This document shows, in pieces, positions 1 through 11,259 of a stretch of 64,000 nucleotides of DNA. The first letter of the stretch is position 1. Every line of letters starts with the position of its first letter. The notes under the pieces were generated by a model that was given only the letters and a program-made list of their open reading frames with translations, searched no databases and was not told the DNA's origin. A program made the translations under genes and the position numbers. The stretch comes from Blepharisma stoltei ATCC 30299 (taxonomy: Eukaryota > Protista > Ciliophora), in assembly GCA_965603825.1 (NCBI GenBank), contig CBFDEM010000053.1:930001-994000 (forward strand), written 5' to 3'.

Positions 1-1
1 C

Positions 2-106
2 GCAGAAGTGCCTGCTGATTTTGAATTTGAGCATATTGAAAATATTACGGCTCAGCAATTGAGAGAGTACTTTATCCAAGAAATTATGCGGTATCATCAA
101 TCCTAA
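2..106 (+). CDS. 3' end of a probable MAP kinase (partial, runs off the window start)
   Basis: Frame 2 reads AEVPADFEFEHIENITAQQLREYFIQEIMRYHQS* (TAA 104-106), resembling the MAPK C-terminal 'FDFEFE...L..LIYQE' helix. Confidence 0.55.
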   Translation, partial: AEVPADFEFEHIENITAQQLREYFIQEIMRYHQS

Positions 107-166
107 TCTAAAAATCCCTAACTCATATATAAAACCTGATAATCAGTTTCATACTTTATAATTAAA

Positions 167-3100
167 ATGGAAATTGAAGAGCTTATTCTGCATAGAAAAC
201 AAACATCGCATTCTGAAGATACCGAACTGATTGAAACAATAGAAGAAACCGCTTTTTCGCTTCTTGACAAAGGAAACTGAAAGAAAGCTCTCGAACTGAC
301 AGAAAAAGCAACCCATATAAATGGTCCTGTAAAAGGTCAAAACGACCCAAAAACTGAAGAATTCGTATCCACCATGCTTAAAAAAATCTGCGGAATCGCA
401 ATCGAAAGGATCGAAAAAAACGACGCAGCATCTGCCTTGACTCTTTTGGAAAGGCTTGAAACAATAACACTGAAATTTCACAGCTCGCAACTCACAGCTG
501 ATAAATGTGAAATTTTTAATAATATAGCTTGTGCCTATCGAAAAATCAATAAACTGCATACAGCTAAGCGGTACCTAGAGAAGGCTTTACTGCTTACCAT
601 GAATGATCATGAGGACAGAATTGACAAATCCACGACCTATTTGAATATGTGCGCTGTATTATCCAATTTGCATAAGCATAGCCAAGCTATTCGGTATGCG
701 AGACAGGCAATGCAGTTCGCTCAAGAAGAGCTGCTAAATGCGAAACTTGATGAAAAGCAAGAAGTGATGAACCATAAAATTGCTGTGCTGGGAATTGCTT
801 ATAACAATTTAGGGGTTGAAGAAGAGTTTTTGGGGAATAAACAAAATGCTATTGAATGGTATAGAAAAGCTGTGAATTTTATGATGAAAAATTCGAATGC
901 ACAGCAGGAACATTTGTTGGAAAATTTCAGACAGTGCTATGAAGAAGCTGTTAAAAAAGGAGAAGGGAAAAAGACTGTGAAACTTAAAAGACCAATGTCA
1001 GCTATTATAAATAAACAAAGCCAATTAAGTATTTCAAGCAAAAGCAATAGTTCGAAGGTGAATTCAAGACCAAACGGGAATAAAAGAAAATATGAGAGCA
1101 CGCCAATGTCACCTTCCTTGGAAGGAGGATTTAATACAAGGTATCCTTTGGAAGGGAAGCCTATCACTTTTGACGATATTAGGGTAAAAACAAGGAAAAT
1201 AGCATCTGCTAAGCAAAAAATGCATTATAAGCTTTATGCAGGGTCAGAGGCAAGCAGAGATAGTGATACAGAAGAAGATATCAAAGATTTAGATGATCTT
1301 GGACTTCTTAGTGATTTAGAAGAATCTGAGAAAATTGACAAAACATCTAATAAAAGGGTTGCTTGAAGTGCTGCAAAAGATAGACCTCCAATTCATCCAA
1401 ATATCAATTCTAAACCAATATTTTCTATCAGATCAATAGCTTCAGCACGCAGGCAGCCAAAAAATTTAAGCAGTACTGATAAAAAATCCTCAACTTCCAA
1501 ACTTCTTCCTCTTGAAATTATGGAAACCCCAAATAAAGGTACAGAAATCGTGAGTCAGCCAATTTTTCATTTTATCGACTACAATGACCCTAAAACCTTA
1601 ATAATCCCTAAAAAAAAAGAAGAAATCAAAGTCGAACCCGAACCAAAAATTGAGGAAATCCCAGAAACACCTAAAAGCAAACCCCAAACCCCAGAAATAA
1701 TCACAATTATAAAAGAAGAAAAAATAGTTGAAAAACCAATGCCTGAAATTAAGCTAACAAAAAATGAAGAAAAAAAACCCTCGAAAAATCTTATTGAAAA
1801 AATCGACAAAAACGTGACAAAGAAAAAAAATGAAATTGACATGTCAAAGGCGCTTCCTTTTATAATAAAGCTACAAGCTAGAGTAAGAGCCATGCAAGCT
1901 AGAGAAAAATTTAAACTAATGAAAAATAAACCAAATGTTGTGTATAGAGCAGTAAAGTTTATAAACCAGCAAGAATTCAAAATAATTGTGTCAAAAATGG
2001 GCTCGAAAACTTATGTTACAGCTTATAATGGTGAAAATACCTATAAAATGGAAACAAATTCAGATATTGACCCTAAAGATGTGCTGAATTTATTGAATTT
2101 TGATAGCAAAAAAGGATTAAACTTAAAGCCAGTTTCAGTTGAGGAAGATAAGAAAATATTGGTGAGGACAAGAATTATAAATCTTGCAGGCGAGGAATGC
2201 GAGGTTAAATATTTCACTGACCCAGATGTGGATACTTTACAAATTAAGCTTAGAAAATTATCAAATAACAGGATTTACACTTATTTTATTAAGAATCTTG
2301 CATTACACTCTCAGTCTTTGCTTATTCAGCAGATAAACGAGGTCATTCAGCCGAATCTTGCAATTATTGACCAATATTTGACTGTTTTGGGGGCTGAAAA
2401 TCTTATTGCGAATCCAAAAGTTTTGGAATCTCCTCATGTGGTTCAAAAACCTGAGCCTAAACCTATCATTTCAGCTTATCATGGAAGAGAAAGCAATAGA
2501 AAAGATTCTGCAAGCTCTAGCAATGAGCCTAATTTAGAAGAATCCAGCAAAAATACCAGCCAAATATCAAGCTCTTCAAATAACCAGTCTATAGAGCGAG
2601 CTACTGCAGGACTTTCAATAAAGATTATTGAATCCAAAGGACCAGCAGTTCCAATAGAGCCTGAAAACCAAAATTCTTCATCATTGGAAATAAATCCTGC
2701 CCAGAAATTAAAATTTATACTAGAAAGCAATAAATCCCAAATAAAAAGTATGAAAAACCCTTTCCAAACAGAAACAGTCAAAAATGTCCCAAAACTTTCA
2801 AAAGTACCAGAAGAAGTGAAACCTCCAAAGCCAGCCTCTACAACTGAAAACCCAAAATCAAAGAGATACACACAGAAAGAAATCCGTGCAGTAATAGTAA
2901 TACAAAAAGTTTTCAGAGGGCATAGAATAAGGGATAAGTTAAAATTTGAAAATCCTAAACATTCTTTACTTGCTCAGATAAAAAAAAGATTGGGAAAAAA
3001 TAAATATACCATTTCTATATATAAACTGTCTGATGGAGTTTTGATTGATGTTCAAAATGTAGGCGGGAATGAAAGGTATTGAAAAGCCATTAGAAATCCG

Positions 3101-4525
3101 AAAGAATATGTCAATAATTTTAATAGGTTTTCAGATATCAGACTGCTGATGAATAGATTGGTAGATATTGAAGGAAAAATCGCAATTTTGAGAGCGCATA
3201 CTTCAAAAAGCCAGATAAGAATGCAGGATTGTTCTTTTTTTGGGGAGGGAACTCAACAAGATACTTTTATTTCTCCTCGAGATACGTCAAATTGGCCTGC
3301 TTATTTAAGAAAAACTATTAATGGGAAAGAATATGCCATCCAAGCTGATATAAACAAGCAAAGAGGCTTAGATATTTCTTTTATTCCTTTATTTTCTGAA
3401 GGCAAGACTATTTCAAAGACATTTTCTGAAGTTGATATTATTGAAGAACTTGGGGTAAATGAGCCAAAGCAACTCATTGATTTGCTTACTTTAAGAAATG
3501 GAAAAATCGAAATAAAAAGAAAAGAATTCAGCCAGGCTAGCTCACCTAGCAAGTTAAGCAGCCTTTCTGCTGAAACAGGCAAATATCCTCTTTTATACCA
3601 AACATGCAGATTTTATGACTCGAAAAACTATCAAATAAAAATAATTTTGGTGCCAAAAAACCCAGGAAGACTGTCTAACGATGATGTCCTTTTCGTTAAT
3701 ATCAAATCTGTTGCATCTAAAGAAAGCGTTGCAAAACTACCAATAGAAGCCAGCAAGGCTTGTGCTCTGACCGGTCTATCCTTAAGATCTCTTGACTTAG
3801 CCGCCGTAAACATCTCAAAACACATTATCTACGACAACGGAAAATTCAGCATTGATTTTTCTGCCAGACAGCGTGACCCAATCCAATCATTAATCACAAT
3901 TCAAGCCCTTGTTCGAGGCTTTTTAACAAGAAGGCTGCTAAAAAAACAAAACCTTTCATCAATAAGAAGTCCAAAAAATGCTTCAAGTAAGCTGAAAAAC
4001 CTTGATTTATCAAGCTTAAGTGTAGACAGTGAAGACTCAGAAACTGAAAAAGAAAACAGTTTTGTAAGAAATTTTGGTGGAAAGAACTGGTATTGGAGAG
4101 CAAGTCGTCCAATTAGCAATGAGGAATGTATCATAACTATTTATGAATCAAAAGATAAAATGGGAATTGAAGCAGTGGTCTGTTCGACCTCAAAACGATT
4201 AATTTTGACAGTTGAAAAATCAGTGGTTAATGATATTGACCAATTTGTCAGCCATCTTGAGCTTTCGCCTGATAAAAAGAGGCTGCTTCATAGCTTAGAA
4301 AAAGCAGCTAAAGTGATTTATTCTGATACTCGATTTATTTCGAATAAGCTTGGGAATCTTGAAATTTATGTAACAGAAAAAGGATATTTTGCGTCATTTT
4401 TCTTGATTAAAGAAGGGAAGTCTCTTACATTATTCTTAGGGGAAAATGTGAGTCCTGATGAGTCTGTTCGCAAATTAAGAATTGAAGATAAAACGGGACA
4501 GGATATATTAGTGATTAGCAGTTAA
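167..4525 (+). CDS. Large TPR-repeat and IQ-motif protein (~1452 aa)
   Basis: ATG 167; ORFs 374, 1520 and 3149 are in one frame joined by TGA at 278, 1364 and 3080; ends TAA. N-terminal TPR repeats (FNNIACAYRK, YLNMCAVLS, YNNLGVEEE); IQ motifs LQARVRA, IQKVFRGH, IQALVRGF. Confidence 0.8.
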
Positions 4526-5638
4526 AGTTCGTGATCTAACCCTTGTGGAGTATTTATTAAGCCTTGTAGACGAGTAATTTTTTAGTTTTTCTAATATTTC
4601 TTTATAATTAGATGGCATCTCCCCTAGCGAAGAGTGTCTCATATGAGGTTTTCTTTGAATTGCACAATTGATTTGTTCTTGTGCCCTTGCACTCGCCAAA
4701 GGAAAAATTTTCTGAGTGACAGATAGCGATTTTTGTGATTTTGATGAATTATCAAAGTGCATCAGCCGGCTTCTTGCGTTTTCTCTGACCATATAAGCTT
4801 CTTTTAACAGCTGAATGGTAACAGACGGGAAAAGCTGCTTAACATCTGCATTTTTTATTCTTGCCACCTTCAAGGTATCTGAGCTTACAATTATAGAATA
4901 TGGCGATGGTTTGTCAAATAACGGTGACTCATCTCCTATAAATGACCCTTTTGATACTGAAAAAAGAATTCTTCTGTGGAAGCCTTGCAATATATAGATA
5001 TTGCACTCACCTTCAAGAATTATTATTGTTTTGTCAGAGTAAGCTCCTTGTTTTGCCAAAATATTACCTTTTAAGTAAATGTCAATTTCTAAAGAATATG
5101 CAAGTCTTTCTTTTAAGGTCGCTGAATACTGGGTAAGGCCAGGAAAATATTGCTCAATTATTTTTCTTTTGACTTCTAAGTTTGAATACACTTCTTTTCC
5201 AAGCAAAGATTTAAAAATTTGAGCATCTAAGACTAAAAAGCACGAATATTCGCGCGCTACAGCCGTCAAACTGCGAGGCAGATTTTTCAAGATACCCCTT
5301 TCGCCTAAAATTTTCCCTTTTACCATAATATTTTCTGGGATAAGTTCACTTGAAGATGAGGAGGATAGGTGATTATAGAGCTGCAAGGAGCCTTCCATTA
5401 TGACATACATACAATCGCTTATGTCGCCTTTTGTAAATAGCCTTTCGCCTTCGTTTATTTCTTTGAATGTGAAATTTGAAAGAAGCTGCATCTTATGGAC
5501 GTAGCTAAGGTTACTCATAATCAGTTGTAATGGTCTAAGATCATAAAGAAAAGCATTCAGTTCTTCAAGATCTTCACGAGTTTTTTTATTTTTTTGTATA
5601 ATCTTAATTGCATTTCTCAGTTGTGTTTGGTGGTCCAT
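4508..5638 (-). CDS. Protein with two cyclic nucleotide-binding domains (376 aa)
   Basis: LFTKGDISDCMYVIMEGSL...GKILGERGIL..PRSLTAVA and a second, more degenerate CNB (KQGAYSDK..IILEGEC..GSFIGDE). Confidence 0.8.
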   Translation of the reverse strand: MDHQTQLRNAIKIIQKNKKTREDLEELNAFLYDLRPLQLIMSNLSYVHKMQLLSNFTFKEINEGERLFTKGDISDCMYVIMEGSLQLYNHLSSSSSSELIPENIMVKGKILGERGILKNLPRSLTAVAREYSCFLVLDAQIFKSLLGKEVYSNLEVKRKIIEQYFPGLTQYSATLKERLAYSLEIDIYLKGNILAKQGAYSDKTIIILEGECNIYILQGFHRRILFSVSKGSFIGDESPLFDKPSPYSIIVSSDTLKVARIKNADVKQLFPSVTIQLLKEAYMVRENARSRLMHFDNSSKSQKSLSVTQKIFPLASARAQEQINCAIQRKPHMRHSSLGEMPSNYKEILEKLKNYSSTRLNKYSTRVRSRTLTANH

Positions 5639-5740
5639 TTATATAAAATTTAAAGAAATATTAATTTGGCTATAACAAATTTATTCCCTCATGATTTTTA
5701 TCATTTTTGTTAAGTCTTAAAATTAATTAATTTTTATTAT

Positions 5741-7873
5741 CTAAAAATCTTCTTCAATTTTTTCATCAATATTTGAGCTTATTTGCAGTTTTTCTTCAAT
5801 GTTAGAACTTAGTTGGATCTGAGCTTCATCAGGAATATCAATGCTATTTGAGTCACCTGTGGTATAAGTTTTGTGAGTTTCTTGAGTAGTTCTGCTGCTT
5901 TCTATATCTGGATGCTTTTCTTCCTCAGATAAAATCGGCTCTAGCTGAGAATAAATGTATTCTTTATTTTCTTCAAATGGAGAATTTTCTTCTTCTATGT
6001 AGCTCTCAGGCGGCTCCGTTGTTGAAACATTTTTCACATAAACCCTGCTTACCAAATTATATATGTCTTCGAGAGCCTGCAAATATGGCACTTTATCCAT
6101 CGATTTTTCATATGCAAAAAATTGAGCTCTACAAAAAATAGCTTGCTCAGGAGTGTTAATAAAGCCATGGATTTTCATTTCATCTACTAAAATTCGGACA
6201 GGAGCCATCTCATCTGTAAATTTTACTCTTATTCTTGCTAATAAATCATCATAACCTTCTAATAAATTTACTCTCACTCTTCTAATAGCGTTATCCACTT
6301 CGCCAGGAGTTAAAGGTTTTCAGTTCGCATTTTCATTGAGAATCCCTTTAATCAGCTCATCTTTTTCTATGCTTTTTTTATTGCAAAGCAGGTATTTAAT
6401 GATTTCTTTTCTCTCTTCTTCTTTTGCTATTGCTAAGTATCTATCATTAAAAATTTCCATTAAATCTGAAAACGTAAATGACTCATTTCCGAGGTCATTT
6501 TCTAGAACTCCTTTTAAATTTTTTACATCTTGAAGAGTCAATCTACATTGAATTTCTTCAAATATGCGCTGGGCGTCTTTTCTTGAAATGGTTTCAGAGT
6601 TGTCTTCTTCTGGCTTTATTACGATTGAAGGAGTTGAAGACAACCCTGGTTTATTTGAATTCATCGAACTAAGCTCATCTATTAAGACTGAACACAAAAT
6701 TTGATTATCATTTTCTCCAAACTGCCTCATTAAAATTTGAAGCTCTTCGTTGTTTACAGGGATGCTTGCCATTACCAGGGCTTTTTTAAGCTCTTCTAAT
6801 GAGAGAATTCCTTGAATAGCTCTGGTAAGTGAGCTAACCCATTCTTTAGGCTGAAATTTATTTACCTTTAAAAATATTTGCATTTTTTTCAGTACTAGCT
6901 TTGCCTGAACAGCGGTTTCACTTCCTTTATCTTCTTTAGAAACTTCTTCTTTCTTCGGCAAAGGCAGCGGATTTTCTCTTTCCTTCACTTTCCCCGCTTT
7001 TTGCCCACCTATTCCTTTATTCTTCTGCACATTTTTTTCTTTATTGCTATGAGATCTTTTCGAAATAGGCTCTTCATCAATTATCAAAACTCCATGATCC
7101 CCCTGACTAATGATCTTTTTCAGCTCCTCAATCTGCTCAGTCTTCACCCTATCTGACTCTTGATAAAATTTCAAATTTTTTTCCAACTGTTCTTTCTCAT
7201 TCCTCAACCTTTCATATGCACTTAATGCATTCATGCCTCCAGGGTTATCATGTACATTATTTTTATCCTGCAGTAATTCATCCATAAGTCTTTTCAGTCT
7301 CATGCATTCATTGGTATATTGCTTTAATTCTTCAGAAATTTCGTTCATTTTTGTGATCCTTGCTGATCGTTTCAGCTCTTCATACTCTGTGTTGCGTATC
7401 TGCAGCTCATTTCGCAGCTCTTTTACGCTATTTTTCAAATTTTCAATTAAATGAAATTGAGATTTTGGCTTAGGATTATTAAGTGGCACATAGGAATAAG
7501 GCAAAGCTTCAATTCGGCTGAAATTTTTTTCTTGCATATCATGCTCCATTTGAGAGATTTTGGTCTTTAGCTTTGTGTTTTCTTCGCTCAAGGAGTTTAT
7601 CATATGCTTATAAACGAGATTTTCTTCATATAGCTTTTCTTTATCAATTTGTATATGCTTTGGCCTTATTTTTGCAAGGTATGTTTGGTCAGGCTGAGGA
7701 TTAGTATATTTGAATTTATAAAGGTTTGAGGTAGTAGCTGGGAATAGCTTTGGCTCAGAAACAACGCGGTTTATTTTAGGTGTTTTTGCATCTCTTGAAG
7801 CTGGGGCGACTACCTGAGTGCTATTTTTTCTTGAATCTTTTAGGTAACTTGGAAGTCTATATTGATCCTGCAT
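5741..7873 (-). CDS. Coiled-coil protein with degenerate EF-hand-like region (~710 aa)
   Basis: ORFs 6320..7873 and 5741..6298 are in frame through TGA at 6320-6322; ends TAG; long heptad-rich N-terminal half. Confidence 0.7.
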
Positions 7874-7989
7874 TTTTTATAAAAGCTGATTAATAATATG
7901 CTCGCTGGTCAATATAAATCTCAATTTATTAGCTTTATGCTTGAAAAATAATAAAACTGATAAAAAGATTATTAATAAAATAAACTCAA

Positions 7990-9036
7990 ATGGTTTTTCA
8001 AATTTTTACTTTGATTCAAATTTCATTGATTTCCTGCTGCATGGGATTTTACACATATCCATCAAATAATTCAGATACGTCAATAAGCACAGAAAATTCA
8101 ATTCAAGACCCTGAAGCTGAAAATTATTCAGATTTGCCTTCTATTCCTGATACACCTTCAAGCTCAGCTTCAATTGTGAGTTTGGTACTTGGAATTCTTA
8201 TTCTTACAATTGGAGCTGCGATTTGGGGATATTTTGAGTGGAGTTTTCAACTGAGAAAAAGATTTCTGAACAAGTGTCTGAGCGTCGTGATAGATGCTCC
8301 ACCTGTAATAGACTCAGAAAATAACGGAAAATTGCTATTTGTTGCTGGAAATTTGCAGGTCGGTATGCCTTTTTATCTTCAAGACCCGTTTCTCCCTATA
8401 GTTACAGTTTCAGAAGCCCTTTTGCTTAAAAGGCAAGCCGAGATGTACCAATGGCAAGAAGAAACAGTAAAGGACGGCCTTAAAGCAATAGACTACAAAA
8501 AGGTTTGGGCCAGATCCCAAATCAGCTCATCTCACTTCAAGTATCACGAAGACCACCATAACCCCGATTGAGACCCAAAGCTCCAAAATGCGACTTTTTC
8601 ATGCCAGCCTGAAGCTTTTATCGGCCCTTATAGAATGTCAAGAGAAATTCTTAAAAAAATCCCCATAAGAGAAAAACTGAGATTAGTCCACCCTACTCCA
8701 ACTTATGAGTCTTTAAATAAATATATTATTTACTTTGACGATACTTATTATTATCTGACTACACAAGAATCAGCTGATGGAGAGTATAAGCCAGAAATTG
8801 GGGACTATAGAATTAAATACTCAGTCCTCCATATAGGCACAGCTGTGAGCATTTTAGGGGCACAAGATGGGGATACATTGACAAAATATGAAGGGAAACT
8901 ATTGACTGTGGAAAGCGGCATAATTTCGGCTGATAAGCTTTTAGAAAGGAAGCTGAGCAACAAGAGGACGAAACAATATATTTTCAGAATATTTTCAACC
9001 CTTTTATTACTTATAGGATTTATTCTTGTTACTTAA
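7990..9036 (+). CDS. TMEM43/LUMA-like (DUF1625) membrane protein (~348 aa)
   Basis: Two ORFs joined by TGA 8569-8571; motifs LKRQAEMYQWQE, YKKVW...SSSHF...HHNP, PEIGDYRIKY; signal peptide and TM helices. Confidence 0.75.
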
Positions 9037-9119
9037 TTATGTGTAATTAGTAAATTTACTTATAATATAAGAATTTTAAATTTTTTAATCCATATTTTGT
9101 TCAATTGAAGGTGTTTATA

Positions 9120-10172
9120 ATGAGCAACTGAAATGAGCATAAATATGAATTATGCGAAGATACTGTAAGAAGTTATATAGGCTCGAAATAAGTTTTTGGA
9201 TTGCTATTACAACTGGGCTAGGCTTAATGATTTTTGACTGAAAAAATCTAATGTAATTTCAACTCAGGTGCAAGTATCCTTTGCAATCGTGATTATTGGG
9301 GTCTTTGGCATTCTTTCCACAGGAAGAATCTTAATTTATTTCTCTTTTTATTTATCACCTGGATTTAGAATTATTTTGAGATTGATGTATGCTTATTTAA
9401 GAGACTTGGATCCTTCAAGATTGGAGGCATAGTAATACTTTTTGGCTTTTGCAGAAAAAATATTTAATATATTGTATCTCACTAATAAATAATGCGTTTT
9501 ACTGCCTCCATTTTTCATGCAGAGTGCTAGAAATTAATTATGAATATTCTGTATAAAAAAGTTTCTTATATTTGATAATTTTCCAATAAATCATTCAATT
9601 AAAAAATATCAACTTTAAATTTTACTTAATTTAATTTTCATAAAAAAACGCTGATCAGAACAAACAATATTAAAGTTTTTTTAGCATCAAATGTTCTAAA
9701 GCAGTATATTTCATCCTTTCAACTTTATGGGCTGCATTTGGAACAGTCTATTTTTCTAAATCAATTTCCACAGATCAAAGTTGTGTAATCTTTTAATCAG
9801 CTTCCAAATGCATGATATTATGTTGGATTAATATCATGCACAATCATATGCTATACAATTACTTTTAAGTTGAGACATACTTCTATAAGAGCTTTATATT
9901 CTAGTGAAGACCAAGATCCATTTTTAAGAAGCAGGGCATTAAGACAGCATATAAAAAGAACAGTAAAGCCATGAGAAAAATATTATGAAAATACAAGTGA
10001 GGGGATATCATGTGTAATATGTTTTGAAGAGTTCCAAAATCGAAAAAAAATCGCAAAGCTTCCAATCTGCAAACATTTATTTCACATAAAGTGCTTAAGA
10101 AAATGGTTAAAAATCAAGCCAGAGTGCCCTTGCTGTAAATTTGACTTAAGTAGATACTTCAGTCAAGAATAA
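9120..10172 (+). pseudogene. Transmembrane RING-H2 E3 ligase locus, apparently disrupted
   Basis: Intact C3H2C3 RING (CVICFEEF...LPICKHLFHIKCLRKWLKIKPECPCCK, from 10011; TAA 10170-72) preceded by TM segments and a 16-nt intron (9785-9800). That frame is closed upstream by TAA 9671 with no ATG. The 5' exons from ATG 9120 stop at TAG 9430-32. Confidence 0.5.
9785..9800 (+). other. 16-nt spliceosomal intron (RING locus)
   Basis: GTAATCTTTTAATCAG; removing it joins ...TDQSC|LPNAWYY... in frame with the RING domain. Confidence 0.7.
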
Positions 10173-10272
10173 TTATAAAACTTTAAACCATTAGCCTTAT
10201 TCACCATTTTTCATATCTATAAGCATAGCTAGCTCTTATCTTGATGCCATTATGATTTATAATAAATAAAAT

Positions 10273-11014
10273 ATGGCAGAAGTCAAAAACGACGACACTT
10301 GCAAGATCTGCGGTAAACGAGGTGATCTTATATGCTGCGATCACTGCCCCTCATCCTACCACTTTAACGTACGCTAACCAGTGTTTAGGAATCCAACGAG
10401 ATTTTGATGAAGAAATTTGGTTTTGTCCTCCTTGCCAAAAAGAGACCAAGCTCCGAGAAAAAGCCAAAGCTGAAGGCTGGACCAAAGAAAAGCTTAAAGA
10501 AGCCCTCCACATCCTAAGCGAGCAAAAAGAGCATTTTGCGCTTCCAAAAAGAGAGTATATCGACCCAGTGCCCCAGCTTCGTCAAATAACAGACTTTATG
10601 AACCCAAGCAGCGAGGAGGAAGAAGAAGATCCAGAATCAGGGTCGATTACCCGAATAGGGACTCAATTCCAGTCTTCTCTCCCTCCTTTTGGACAATTTT
10701 CTATTCCTCATAGAGAATGTCGAAAGGTGTGGGATTCTCATAGACTCCCTATCAGCACAGTTGATGACTATTTGAAGGAAGCCGAACAGCTTTGGAATGT
10801 CTCGTATCTTAAGTCTCTGGTGCCTTTCAATGAACAAGACGCTTGTAAGATTTTACATGCTAAAGGCTACAGTGTGCAAAATGCTTTGCAAGCCATTGCA
10901 AGGGAAAGACTTCCGTATATTGTTTGTAAGGCGTATGTAGTGACTGAGAATGATAAAGACAAAAAAGAACAAGATTTGATGGCGCTGAGGAATGGAGAAG
11001 CTCTTTCTATGTAG
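10273..11014 (+). CDS. PHD finger plus ELM2/SANT-like chromatin protein (~242 aa; exons 10273-10368, 10382-11014)
   Basis: [27 protein letters not shown]|[18 protein letters not shown] is a complete C4HC3 PHD finger; [12 protein letters not shown]...KVWD...[19 protein letters not shown] is ELM2-like. Confidence 0.85.
10369..10381 (+). other. 13-nt putative spliceosomal intron
   Basis: GTACGCTAACCAG; the unspliced frame hits TAA; removing it restores the H-x-x-C of the PHD finger. Confidence 0.7.
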
Positions 11015-11259
11015 TAGGATAAGTAATATGGTTAGTCTTTATCAAAATGGATCCCGCCAATAAACTGACTGATAAATACTTCTTGTGATGAGCTGAAAAA
11101 TTATATTTAATTAAATAATTTTTGCAAGAAAAGCCCTTTTTATAGAAAAGCATAAGAAAATTATAAATTTTTATAACAAAATTTATCTGAATTTATATAA
11201 TCAATAAATAAGTTTCTAATTTACAAAATTTCATCTGATAGTATCTAACCATATTTTCT

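Noticed and set aside
10369-10388. 20-nt intron or +1 ribosomal frameshift as alternatives to the 13-nt intron
   Set aside because: The 20-nt version is out of frame and removes a PHD Cys. A frameshift would add about 4 residues inside H-x-x-C, and there is no Euplotes-type AAA-TAR site.
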